From Octopus sinensis (lineage: Eukaryota), in the NCBI RefSeq assembly GCF_006345805.1, contig NC_042999.1, positions 45,632,001 through 45,696,000 on the forward strand: DNA of 64,000 bases, in the 5' to 3' direction. How positions within the stretch are numbered: the first letter of the stretch is position 1; each line of letters begins with the position of its first letter. Of this stretch, positions 23,485-35,709 are shown piece after piece. The notes beneath the pieces are model-generated. The model did not search any database. It worked only from the letters and a program-made list of their open reading frames with translations, and was not told where the DNA came from. The translations under genes and the position numbers were made by a program.

Positions 23485-23658
23485 TGGTGCAGGAGTGGCT
23501 GTGTGGTAAGTAGCTTGCTTACCAACCACATGGTTTTGAGTTCATTCCCACTGCGTGGCACCTTGGGCCAGTGTTTTCTACTATAGCCTCAGGCTGACCA
23601 AAGCCTTGTGAGTGGATTTGGTAAACAGAAACTGAAAGAAGCCCATCGTATATACATG

Positions 23659-23711
<53 letters not shown>

Positions 23712-23905
23712 ATATGTTTGTGTTTGTCCCCCCAACATCGCTTGACAACCGATGCTGGTGTGTTTACATCCCCATAACTTAGCAGTTCGGCAAAAGAGAC
23801 CGATAAAATAAGTACTAGGCTTTGAAAGAATAAGTCCTTGTATGACTGATGGCGGTGCTCCAGCATGGACACAGTCAAATGACTGAAACAAAAGAGTAAA
23901 AGAGA
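23485..23905 (+). mobile_element. SINE family A, full length
   Basis: Complete head, internal TA/TG tract and tail. Confidence 0.88.
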
Positions 23906-24249
23906 ATACATTCTGCAATAAGCCCAAGAAACCTGGCAGTTAATATAATAAAGAGAAAAGGAAGCAGGGATAATATTAGTGTTCCAAGTAGGGGCTGTAT
24001 AACATTGGCTTTATTCTCTTTTATTTTGTTTTCCTTTTTATTGAACCGATTCTCACCAATGTAGACCACTTGTTATCGCTATGATTTTTACAGTTTTGAG
24101 GTTGTTTATTGTGAGAAATTAATGGATATTTGATATGGCAGTAAGCAGTTTCTGGTTTAGACATTAAGAGTAGTGTTATGAAATCACTAACATATTATAT
24201 TGCTAAGTTTTGTATACAGCTGGCAACAGGGTAGGGGAGTGGGGGAGGT

Positions 24250-24313
24250 TCAATTGAAGACATATTTGTCTGTTTATTATTACTATTACTACTACTACTA
24301 CTATTCTTATTCC

Positions 24314-24352
<39 letters not shown>

Positions 24353-24360
24353 CCTTATTG

Positions 24361-24391
<31 letters not shown>

Positions 24392-24400
24392 CACTGAGAA
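24250..24400. repeat. (ATT/ACT)n microsatellite
   Basis: Directly visible trinucleotide tract. Confidence 0.95.
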
Positions 24401-24626
24401 ATCAAAGTGCATGGACATTTATGTTCATACAATGAATCATTGATATTTTGTTTGTTTGCTGCTGTTGGATCTGTACTGTTAATAACAAATGAATATGTCA
24501 TTTATCTGATTTTATTAATATTGTTGAGTCAGACTCTTTTGATAAATAGGTGTTGTTTAGTTAAAGTATGAGCTATATTTATTATTATTGTTGTTGTCGT
24601 CATCATCATCATCATTATTATTATTA

Positions 24627-24663
<37 letters not shown>

Positions 24664-24670
24664 CATTATT

Positions 24671-25316
24671 CAGTAGTTTTATTTTTATAGCGTGCTTTCA
24701 CTTCACTACCGAGCGCAGCTCTGTGTGCCTTGGGTATGTGCTGTGATTTGTTGTGATGCTCTGATGGTTATTGTGTGGAAAGTGTTCTGCGTAGGATGTG
24801 TGCAGTGCCTAGTAGTGCAATTTTCTGTATGTTATATGTGTTTGTAAGTCCTGGTGTTTTTGTTATGTATTTGTCTGAATATTTTTTTATCATGCCTAAT
24901 GCACCTACTATGATAGGAATTGTTTCTGTTTTCAGATTCCACATTCTAGTTACCTCTATTTCCAGGTCTTTGTATTTTGAGAGTTTCTCCATTTCTTTTA
25001 GAGACACGTCATCTGCCGGTATTGATACATCAATTAGAAAGCATTTTTTGTCTTCATGGTCTCTGACAACTATATCTGGTCTGTTGGCCTTAATTTCTCT
25101 ATCTGTGTGTATCGGCATATCCCAGAGTATGGTTGCTTTCTCGTTTTCTGTGACCTTTTCTGGTGTGTGCCTATACCATCTTTTTTCTGTTGTTATTCCA
25201 TAATGTTGGCATAGCTTCCAATGTATGTAGGTTCCAACTCTGTCATGTCTGTGAATATATTCCTTCTTAGCCAGGACTGGGCAGCTAGAGATAGCCAGGA
25301 CTGGGCAGCTAGAGAT
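24671..25316 (-). mobile_element. 5'-truncated R4/Dong-clade non-LTR retrotransposon (restriction-like endonuclease domain)
   Basis: Open frame ISSCPVLAKKEYIHRHDRVGTYIHWKLC...ILWDMPIHTDREIKANRPDIVVRD..CFLIDVSIP..EKLSKYKDL..IQKIALLGTAHILRR. It shows the RHD motif and PD-(D/E)xK catalytic residues. Flanked by (ATT)n at 24585-24670 and 25317-25540. Confidence 0.9.
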
Positions 25317-25322
25317 TTATTA

Positions 25323-25382
<60 letters not shown>

Positions 25383-25493
25383 TATTATTATTATCATATT
25401 ATTATTATTATTATTATATCACTATTATTATTATCACTATTATTATTATCACTATTATTATTATCACTATTATTATTATTACTATTATTATCA

Positions 25494-25537
<44 letters not shown>

Positions 25538-25540
25538 ATA
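25317..25540. repeat. (ATT)n microsatellite with ATC/CAC interruptions
   Basis: Directly visible. Confidence 0.95.
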
Positions 25541-27374
25541 TTTTATTTTGTTTATTTTTATTTATCAAAAATATTACAGTATACTTGTCTTACTTGTTCT
25601 CATTAGAATACCGTTTTGAAGTATAATTTCATATTATTTCTAGTATTGTATTCATAATATTCCTGTCAAAATATTTATTTCACAAATCTTCATGGTTATT
25701 ATTGCTTATTTTAAACAGTTGATATTGTCTTGAGCAACTTAAACATGTTTTAGCTTTTGTTATTACTTTCTATGTTTTCCCCCCTTCTTATTCTAGAGGA
25801 AACTATGTACATTTTTACATATTCCTGTTGGTATTACTTAATTTCTTTGATTCCACAGTCCAGCATCTGCTAGGAGCATATTTATGTAACCTATTGATGT
25901 TTTAAACAAATATTGGCAGCTGCTGTTCATCATAAATGTAAGCTCCTGTTCAGACAAGTCTGTGTTTGGTTTCTATTTCCAGTTATTATTTTATTTCGTA
26001 CTGTTAGCCTTTCTGAACGGTATGGATGTCCTGTGAACATGTTTCCCACTACCCCATCACAGTAAATGTGAGGACTTGTGCCTTTGTAAGAAATCAATAT
26101 TTCACTAAATCTTCACTAACATTTATCAGAAACTCTGCCAACACTTGAAGGAATTAGTTACTATAATAATCCTACTCCAATTATAAAATGTTAAGCCAGC
26201 AAGTTTATATGGTGTTGGTAAATGTTAACAGTTAGAATAAGGCAATGATAATATTGACTAAATTTATTGAATTAGAAGTATAAAGTGTTGCCGTTGAGAA
26301 ATTCTGATACTGGAATCGACTGAATTTCTACAACTCTGCTTTATGATTATGATTGCTAATAAATCTAACAAATCTTGTGTAATTATATTAGTTCCAGAAG
26401 TTTACTCTATTTCTAAGGAATCTTATTGAAATTTTAAGAGAAATTCTAAAATAAAATCAAAAGTAAATAAATTTTGAGAATTGAAAAAAAAAAAAAACCA
26501 AAAACAAATGGATATAATAATGAGATTAGATGGTCTCATTTATGGCAATTTTTTTTTTTAAGGTGATTGCCATTGCCATCCATCAACTGTGACATATGAT
26601 TCAGTTCTGATGTCTGATAACATTTCTGCAGAAGCTGAATGTATTATCTAGTGTTAAAAATAATGCGAATTTGAAGCTTTGAGAAATGATACCTGTTTAT
26701 TTTTACACTGCTATTCTGGATACAGTAATTTTTTCAGCAGTTAGGTAGGAATTATAAAACCATGTGTTGTGCCAGAATGCAGTGTAAGAAGATTCCAAAA
26801 TTTACTGAGAATACATTTGTAATTTTAATAACTCACTTGATTAGATTAAAGGCTACGTTGTTGCAAGGAAGCACATGTTGATGCAAAAATTTCAATCAAA
26901 ATGCATGGAAGGTGCAGTGTATGAGGGGTATATGAATGAGGGGAGAAATAAGTAATGGAAGAAGGGAAGAAAGAAGAGAAAGAAATGATATAGTAGTTTT
27001 AGCTTAATCACAGAATTCAATAATGGACTTGGCATTTTAAGAGAAGAGAAATTGGAAGGGAGAGGATGAGGAAATAGTTTTGGTCATGGGGGAGAGGGGG
27101 GGGCAAAAGAAAGTATGTATGACTAGTAAAGCAAAGTTTAAGCATGGTTAGTGGTTTTATGGTCAAAAGGCATAAATTGATACAAGAAAAAGAACAAAAG
27201 AAGAAAAGAAACGAATGAAGTGGTGAAGATGTATGCTGGCGTATGTATTTGTATGTTTATGGGTGGAGGGGATTGGAGGGGCAGGGAGTAGAAATATAAG
27301 GAGAGAAGAATATTTTAGTTAAGTAAGTAAAAATATGGATAGAAAATTGTAATTGACGATTAAGGAATTAGAAG

Positions 27375-27437
27375 GGCATATGGCATAGTGGTTAAGAGCG
27401 TGCGCTACTAACCCCAAGATTCCGAGTTCGATTCTAA
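27375..27437 (+). promoter_or_regulatory. Isolated tRNA-like head (A and B box) of the PLE family 1 cassette
   Basis: ggcatatggcatagtggttaagagcgtgcgctactaaccccaagattccgagttcgattc, near-identical to 30287-30350. No acceptor stem. Confidence 0.65.
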
Positions 27438-28480
27438 GCGATGGTGGTGGTACTGGTGATGGTGATGGTTGAAAACAATCAACAGAGAGAGAGAGAGAAA
27501 GAAAGAAGTTAGACAGAAAAAGACAATTGTACTGACCTCACTGGAATGGGAAGATAAAAAATGTTGTTTATCATGAAGCTTTGCAATAAGTTCCAAGTCC
27601 ACAAATTAAATCATTGTTTTGACGAAAATTGTTCATTGCTTGAAAATATTTGTCAAATTTAATAAAATTTAATATGTACTCAATGCCTGAAGTGTCATTA
27701 TTGGGCTCAAGACCCAATGAAGAGCCCTCCACAGGAGCTAGCTTAAAAGTCGCCTGTTAGGGTAGATTTTAAGCTAGTATATGTGTGTAATATATATATA
27801 TATGTGTGTGTGTGTGTATGTGTGTGTGTGTGTATGTGTTTGTGTGTGTGTGTGTGTGTGTGTTTTATGTGTATATATATATATATATATATATACTAGT
27901 AGCTAAGCCCAGTTTCACCTGGTTGGTTTGGATGATGTGGCTGTAAAACCTGCTCTAAGCACTTGACTTGTTCGGGCACGCTTACGTTACAAAACAATTT
28001 TAGAATAACTTTTTTTCCTGTCAAAGCGTTAAAAATAACTGACCAACAAAAAAAAAAGACCAACGAAGATTCAACCAAATCAAAAAATAAACCCAAATAC
28101 TAAATGGACAAAGATGAACCATCCCACTTCCATTGCATGCACACATGCACACACACACACACACACGCATGCACATACACACACACACACACATGCAGAC
28201 ACACTCACATTCACATAACCTCCTTTTACATACACACACATATATTCACACAGAGTTGAAACGCTCACCCCTTCCTTTCTCATTCATAAACACAAGAGTA
28301 TTATTGTAGTAGATTATCTCGGTCACCATGGGAGCTATGGAAAATAGAAAGCCCAGCATCACCACTGGATCATTCTACACATCTGTGTAATTTTTTGTGC
28401 AATTCCATCCAGCCGTTTGACAGTGAATCCCAAGACAAGACAGAATCGCCTACATCAAATTTATATGTATAGATATAATA

Positions 28481-29806
28481 AGAGATGCAGCAATGTCAAA
28501 GGAAGGCTAACTAGGAAGATGGTTTTTGTATGTGGCAGATGCTCAGGAACAATAAACACTGAAAATGCTCTGAGACCAACTTCCGTCACTTTCCAGGGAG
28601 AAAAACTAGAAATAGTTGATAGTTTCCGTTACCTAGGTGACCAAGTCAGCAGCGGGGGCGGGTGTGCTGAAAGTGTAACTGCTAGAGTAAGAATAGCTTG
28701 GGCAAAGTTCAGAGAGCTCTTACCTCTGCTGGTGACAAAAGGCCTCTCGCACAGAGTGAAAGGCAGACTGTATGATGCGTGTGTACGAACAGCCATGCTA
28801 CATGGCAGTGAAACATGGGCCGTGACTGCTGAGGATATGCGTAAGCTCGCTAGAAATGAAGCCAGTATGCTCCGATGGATGTGTAATGCCGGTACTCACA
28901 CTCGGCAGAGTGTAAGTACCTTGAGAGAAAAGCTGGACCTAAGAAGCATCAGTTGTGGTGTGCAAGAGAGACGTTTGCGCTGGTATGGTCATGTGGCGAG
29001 AATGGATGAAGATAGTTGTGTGAAAAAGTGCCACACCCTAGCGGTTGAGGGAACCTGTGGAAGAGGCAGACCCAGGAAAACCTGGGACGAGGTGGTGAAG
29101 CACGACCTTCGAACTTTAGGTCTCACTGAGGAAATGACTAGAGACCGAGACCTCTGGAAGTGTGCTGTGCGCGAGAAGACCCGGCAGGACAAGTGAGTCC
29201 ATAACCCGTGGCCTTCTACATGGGATGGAGCCAGCCTACGTATGCATACCTTCCCTTCTTGGGACACAAAACTCTACTTGTGAAGACGTGATGAGGCAAG
29301 TGAGGATCAGAATCGAAATCGATCAATGGAAATTGCGGATGTGCTACCAGTGCCGGTGGCATGTCAAAACTCTGCTTGTGAAGACCCGTTGAGGCAAGTG
29401 ACGATCAGAATCGAAATCGATCAATGGAAATCAATCAATGGAAATTGCAGATGTGTTACCAGTGCCGGTGGCATGTAAGAGAACTTTCCGTTTCGCGACC
29501 GTTGCCAGCACCGCCCCGTTTCGTGTCCGTTGCCAGCCTCGCCTGGCCCTCGTGCCGGTGGCACATAAAAAGCACCATCCGTTCGTGGCCGTTTGCCAGC
29601 TCTGTCTGGCACCAGTGTGGGTGGCACGTAAAAAGCACCCACTACACTCACGGAGTGGTTGGCGTTAGGAAGGGCATCCAGCCGTAGAAACACTGCCAGA
29701 TTTGACTGGGCCTGATGAAGCCTTCTGGCTTCACAGACCCCAGTAGAACCGTCCAACCCATGCTAGCATGGAAAACGGACGCTAAACGATGATGATGATG
29801 ATGATG
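28481..29806 (+). mobile_element. 5'-truncated RTE LINE with a 10-bp TSD
   Basis: ORF from RCSNVKGRLTRKMVFVCGRCSG (Cys motif) through VDSFRYLGD and RRLRWYGHVARM to the stop at 29196. The 3' UTR carries a hairpin minisatellite and a (GAT)n tail. TSD agatataata at 28471-28480 and 29807-29816. Confidence 0.92.
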
Positions 29807-30201
29807 AGATATAATATTTTATAATTATATACATAATTATAACAAGGGGTCAGCTTTATGCCCCACCATGCACCGTAAGAAATAGATGCTAAAGTCCTTT
29901 TTACTACCTTAAAATCTCTGAGAATAACGCACTTTATTGTAGGCAAGCAAAAGAAAAATAATGAATCAATAACACTGATTAACTATGGAAGTGTTTCAAA
30001 CTTAGAGTAAAAAATAATTTTACTTACTGTTACTCTTTTGCATAGTATTTTGTATAAGTTCACAAGTATTTCAAAATACATTAATTATATATGACGGATA
30101 TTTGTCCTTCATTTTTTTTGGCTGATATACCTTCCAGCCTTTATCAGGTGTCTTGGGAAAATTTTGAACCTGGGTTCTCGTTCCTAAGGTATTTTTCGAT
30201 G

Positions 30202-30249
<48 letters not shown>

Positions 30250-30286
30250 TCACTGCCTGGAATCGAACTCAGAATCTTGGGGTTAT

Positions 30287-30358
30287 GGCATATGGCATAG
30301 TGGTTAAGAACGCGGGCTACTAACCCCAAGATTCTGAGTTCAATTCCAGGCAGTGACC
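30287..30358 (+). promoter_or_regulatory. tRNA-like internal Pol III promoter
   Basis: A box TGGCATAGTGG (30293-30303), anticodon-like arm GGG-CTACTAA-CCC, B box GAGTTCAATTCC (30336-30347). Confidence 0.7.
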
Positions 30359-30359
30359 G

Positions 30360-30392
<33 letters not shown>

Positions 30393-30453
30393 CAACAACA
30401 ACAACATTGAAAAATACCTTTGGAATGAGAACCCAGGTTTGAAATTTCCCTAA

Positions 30454-30499
30454 GACACCTGATGAAGGCTGGAGGGTATATCAGCCGAAACGTTGTGTT
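30454..30499 (+). ncRNA. Minimal type I hammerhead ribozyme, intact, dimer-dependent type
   Basis: Stem I GACAC(30454-58)/GUGUU(30495-99); CUGAUGA (30459-65) plus an extra A; stem II GGCUG/CAGCC; GAAA; loopless palindromic stem III ACGU; triplet GUU, cut predicted after 30494. Confidence 0.8.
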
Positions 30500-30574
30500 A
30501 ACAAACAAGACGAGGACACATATCTGTCATATGTAAATAATGTAAATAATTCCTCATCTCTTAAATATAGAACT

Positions 30575-30712
30575 GTATTTCAAAATATTAGTTTAACACT
30601 TGGGAAGTCAGAAAGTCTGTTACGTTTCAAGCCTACGCTCTTTGACAGAAAGGAACACAGAAATAAAGAGGGAGAGAAGATAGAAAAAAAGGTTTAGATC
30701 TATCATGGTGAA
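30575..30712 (-). mobile_element. PLE-type terminal repeat family 2 with a hammerhead-like motif (30615-30655)
   Basis: Minus strand tccttt-CTGTCAA-a-GAGC gtag GCTT-GAAAC-GTA-acagac. Confidence 0.5.
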
Positions 30713-30791
30713 TGCTGGATATGTAAATATATATATATGTATGTGTTTATATATATGTATGTATATGTATATTTATATATATGTGTATATA

Positions 30792-30836
<45 letters not shown>

Positions 30837-31639
30837 ATATATATGCATATATGAATGTGTGTGTGTGTATATACACATGCATACATATATACATATATAT
30901 GTGTGTATGTGTGTGTATATATATATATATATATATTCATATTGTTAAAGATTGCAACTTGAAAGATCATGGTATTGAAAGCTAATAAGCTTCAAGCATG
31001 TTTGCAACTAGTATTGATGACAAAGAGTGGACTATGTACATTAAAAAGAGTTTAATAAACTGTGTTATGTCCCATATAAAAATCAATGAAAATTTCAATA
31101 AGTTGACAGTTACTATACAACTTGGAGTTTAGCTGTGAAATTTGCCAAATATGCAACATATATGAAAGATATGTAGTCTTTATTTACTGTTTCCATTCCT
31201 TACGTTCTTGGATTATATATGTATATATATATATTTATATATATATAATCATATTTATGTATGTATCTCTGTGTGTTTTTGTGTCTCCTTGTCTTGTTGT
31301 GACATGATAGTTGTTCATATGTGTCATCATCATTTCAGTGGCGTTCTTCATCGTCGTTGTTGTCATCGTCGTCATCATCATCGTTTAACGTTTGCCTTCC
31401 ATGCTGGCATGGATGTAACGGTTTGACAAGAGCCGGCCAGGCAGAAACCTGCACCTGACCTCTGTGAATGTTTTGGCAGGATTTTTTACAGCTGGATACC
31501 CTTCCAGACACCAACCACTTTACAGTGTGGCACCTGCATTGACAGGGTTACCAGGTACTTGGAAGACAAAAAAAAATCTCTTTGAGTGGGGATGGGACAT
31601 TAAAGGAGGTGATCAGAGGATGAAAGCTTATAGCAAAGT

Positions 31640-31810
31640 AGAGAGACAGAAACAGGTGTCTTGCTGTAGAAGAAGTACAAGGTTATCTTGCTGGTGAGGG
31701 AGGGAGGGAGGGAGAGAGAGAGATAGGTAGATAGATAGATCAGGAATGAAGACAGAAACAGGTGTCTTGCTGTAGAAGTACAAGGTTATCTTGCCAGTGA
31801 GGGAGGGAGG

Positions 31811-31866
<56 letters not shown>

Positions 31867-31930
31867 GATAGATAGATCAGGAATGAAGACAGAAACAGGT
31901 GTGCCGCAGCAAAAGAAATACATGGTTATC
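31640..31930. repeat. Local tandem duplication of about 110-130 bp (2.5 units) containing GA microsatellites
   Basis: agacagaaacaggtgt occurs three times; gtacaaggttatcttgc and tagatagatcaggaatga each occur twice. Confidence 0.85.
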
Positions 31931-32681
31931 CAACCTGAGAAAAGTGCAGGAGAAGGTGAGAGAGAGTGAGAGACAGCAGGATAGAGATGGTGGCAAAGTA
32001 TTGGGCATACTCACAAGGGACAAGGATCAGAATATAAATGGGATGTTTGAGTAATGGAAGAGACGGTTTCAGTATCTTGCGTGAACATATCCTTCCATTT
32101 GGAAATGTTACGTTGCTTGGAAGTAAGTGAGGACTGGTGACACAAAGAACGTCAGGCTGTAAAAAAATCTGCCTCACCAGATTCTATCTGACTCTTGCAA
32201 GCATGGAAAATTCAATGTAAAAAAGATGATAATAATGGTGTTGCTGATAATATGTGTGTGTGTGTGAATGTTAGCATTTCATGGCTTCATCTGTCACTGT
32301 CTAAAAAAAAAACAAAAAAACACTGGCTTGATGTTTACATTCCTTGTTGATATTACAATCTGTTGATCTACATTTTCAAAAGCCATCATCATCATAATCA
32401 TTTAATGTCTGTTTTCCATGCTGGCATGGGTTGGACAGTTTCACAGGAACTGGCAAGCTAGAAGACTGTGCCAGGCTCTGCTCTCTGCTTTGGTACAGTT
32501 TTTTGCAGCAGGATGCCATTCCTAATACAATAAAAACAAAAAAAAATCCCTTACTTGATAAGACTAGCAATAGGAATGTTATCCAAGGGAAGAATAAAGG
32601 CTGATACAGCTTGGCACAAATGACACTGCAACTCATTTCTACAGCTGAGTGAACTGGAGCAACATGAAATAAAGTGTCTTG

Positions 32682-32730
<49 letters not shown>

Positions 32731-32732
<2 letters not shown>

Positions 32733-33148
32733 TCTTTACTCTTTTTACTCTTTTACCTGTTTCAGTAATTTGACTCTGGCCATGCTGGAGCACTGCCTTT
32801 AGTCGAGCAAATTGAGCCCAGGACTTATTCTTTGTAAGCCTAGTACTTATTATATCGGTCTCTTTTGCTGAACCGCTAAGTTACAGGGACGTAAACACAC
32901 CAGCATCGGTTGTCAAGCAATTTTGGGGGGACAAACACAGACACACAAACATATACACACACACACATATATATATACATATATACAACAGGCTTCTTTC
33001 AGTTTTCGTTTACCAAATCCACTCACAAGGCTTTGGTTGGCTCGAGGCTATAGTAGAGGACACTTGCCCAAGGTGCCACGCAGTGGGACTGAACCCAGAA
33101 CCATGTGGTTCATAAGTAAGCTACATATCACACAGCCACTCCTATGCC
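32731..33148 (-). mobile_element. SINE family A, full length
   Basis: Reverse complement of head (accacacagccactcc), body and tail (actcttttacctgtttcagt). Confidence 0.88.
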
Positions 33149-35094
33149 TATATATATATATATTATATATATATATATATATATATGATAAACATCTCTC
33201 AGTCTCTCTCTATCAAATTCCCTTGCAAGGCTTTGGTTGGATTGGGTCTATAGTAGACAGCACTTGTCCATTATGCCGAGTGATGAGACTGAACCCAGGA
33301 CCATATGGTTGTGAAGCAAGTTACTTAACCACACAGCTATGCCTGCACTTACATAACCACTTTTGTGCTTTCACATCTGCTCCTGATGAAACTAAATACC
33401 ATAAAGTACTTAACGTGGCTTTCTATCTTTGCGAACATCTCTAATTCCACTTTAGTTTAGATGTGATCTTGGAACATATTTTCCTTGGAGATTTGGTTAA
33501 AAAAAAACAACAAAAAAAACCCTCACAAAGCAATAAATAAAGCACTAAAAGATTTATCATTTCCTATGAATGTTACATTAAAAATGTTATTGTCGAAAAG
33601 CTTTATGGTCGAGGACGTGGGTTCATATTGTTAATACTTCGACATGTTTTGTGGCTTTGAACATTTCTTTGTGTTTTTGGCCAGACCTGTCATAGTCTTT
33701 CATCTTATTCTGAGCTTCACTTGTCATTTTTTTTTGTTTTGTTCTCCTTTTCTCATTCACTTATTGATATACAAGTGAAGTCGATGCAAGTATAGGAATT
33801 ATGAACAATGTACATATATAAGTACAAGACTTATGAACTAATACAGTATGTAAAAGGATTAACTTATTTGATATTGATTATCACATTTGTTTTTTGTTGC
33901 TTTCTACTTCTCTTTCTTTTTTCAGTTTAGTTCATGTTATATCTATTGTAGTTAGATTTTTTTATTAAGTGTTATACTGTGCTTTCTAGTATGTTCTTTA
34001 AGAATCTTTTTATCTTTTGCTTGTTTCGGTCATTGAAGTTTCCTTCATTGAAGTGGGGCCACGCAAGGGCACTGTCTTTGAAAGCATTTATAGTTGAACA
34101 AATTGACCCCAGTGATTATTTTTTTCTATTTGTTGTTTTAAGTCTGTTACTTATTCTATCATTCCTTTTTGCTGAACTGTTAAGTTGCGGGGACAACACC
34201 AAACCAACACTGGTTGTCAAGTGGTTGGGGGACAGACACTAACAGAAAGGATCACACACATACTCATGCACAGCAAGCTTCTTTCAGTTTCCATCCACTA
34301 AATCCCCTCACAAGGGGATTAAAAACTGGCACTTATTCTTTTGGTATCTTTTGCCAAACTGCCACTTATTCCATCGGTGGAATATGTACTAGTCTTTAAA
34401 AACAAATAAGTAATGGGGTCGATTCATTCAACTGAAAATTCTTCAAGGTGGTGCCCCAGCATGGCCACACTCTAATGACTGAAACAATTAAAAGGAAAAA
34501 GTAAAAGATATGTAAATAATTATCATCATCATCATTTTAATGTTCACGTTTGCATGCTTGCATAGATTGGATGATAGGTTTTTGTAGGGACTATAACAGA
34601 AGATTCTTGCCCAGGATGCCACGCAATGGGACTGAACTCAAATCAAAGTGATTGGGAAGGAAGTTTCTTACCACACAGCCACACACTTTTCTTTCATTTA
34701 CTTTATTGAATGTTCATTCATGAAAGAATATACATACACACAAATATTTGTAGTTGAACACACGAATATGTGTGTGCATAAGTAAATAAATATATATGAA
34801 CATGTACCATGTGAATGATAATTTTATTTTCCATATATTTGTTTGAAGTATCACTGAATAATACCAAAATAAAATTACATCTGTGACAACAAAACCCAAA
34901 TAACGTTTAAATGCACAAAATGCTTTCTTCCCTTGTCTGTTGGTGATTTGGTTAGGGGCTCCAGTACATATCTATCTTTTGGTAGCGGTGCAGTTTCTCT
35001 CTCTCTCAATCTTTTTTTTTTTGCACCATATATTTGGTTCTCATCCCCTCTTTCTCTAGGGTTTTTTTTAGTCATTTGCCCTAGCTACACTATC

Positions 35095-35417
35095 TACAAG
35101 GGTGAGTCAGAAAGTAATGTCATTTTGTTTAGGACAGGTATAATTACCAACACAGAACATGTATCATACATCAAAATGAAACTGGTCCTCTGTGGATCAT
35201 ATCCCTACTCCTCAACGTAGTCACCGTTTCTCTCAATAGCAATATTCCACCTTCGAATGCAAGCATGTATCCCTACCCTGTAAAATTCTGTTGACTGTTC
35301 TTTGAGCTACTTCTTCACTACAGTTTTCACTTCCTCATCACTAGACTATCATAGTCACTGGACTATCATCTCTTCGGCCCAATGAAAGAGGGTTTGAGAG
35401 GCAAACATTATTCCAGT
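35095..35417 (-). mobile_element. Mariner 3' end fragment with an internal micro-inversion
   Basis: The minus strand encodes DEEVKTVVKK*LKEQSTEFY..GIHA..RRWNIAIERNGDYVE. The upstream peptide DYHLFGPMKEGLRGKHYS is on the plus strand at 35361-35417. TIR-like end tacaagggtgagtcagaaagt. Confidence 0.75.
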
Positions 35418-35605
35418 AAAATTTATAAATTATACATTATAAACATGAATTAGTATACATCAATCATGTAAAATCAAGTATATGTCAAATACAGAATGTG
35501 AGATATAAGATTAAACATCAGAATAAAAATGTTTTTGACGTACTTGATTTTATATGATTGATATATATACTAATTCATATTTATAATGTATAATTTATAA
35601 ATTTT
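35418..35605. repeat. Imperfect inverted repeat (arms of about 72 bp, spacer of about 45 bp)
   Basis: aaaatttataaattatacattataaacatgaattagtata...gtcaaa versus tttgacgtacttgatttt...taattcatatttataatgtataatttataaatttt. Confidence 0.75.
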
Positions 35606-35709
35606 AATTCTTAATATTACAAAGTACAATTTTTATTCTTAATTTTTAATTCTTAATTTTTAATCTTTAATGCTTAATTGTATTGCTTATTTTTAAAGGG
35701 ATGTAAAAT

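Larger units (their letters stand above)
30091..30575. mobile_element. Inverted PLE family 1 terminal structure: minus arm 30091-30285; plus arm 30287-30575 = tRNA-like head + (AAT)n + hammerhead + tail
   Basis: The arms are reverse complements outward from about 30286. The 3' end aattcctcatctcttaaatatagaactg is shared with 12180-12206. Confidence 0.85.

Noticed and set aside
26553-26650. Candidate plus-strand exon after a poly-T AG acceptor (DCHCHPSTVTYDSVLMSDNISAEAE)
   Set aside because: Weak donor, no recognisable protein similarity and no partner exons.
29705-29730. CTGATGA in the RTE tail; also a minus-strand CTGATGA near 50625 and a plus-strand one near 33385
   Set aside because: No stem II closed by GAAAC and no stem I or III can be built; these are chance heptamers.
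30287-30358. Possible functional tRNA gene (also at 27375-27437)
   Set aside because: A and B boxes and an anticodon-like arm are present, but there is no 7-bp acceptor stem and the sequence is embedded in a repeat. Treated as a tRNA-derived promoter.
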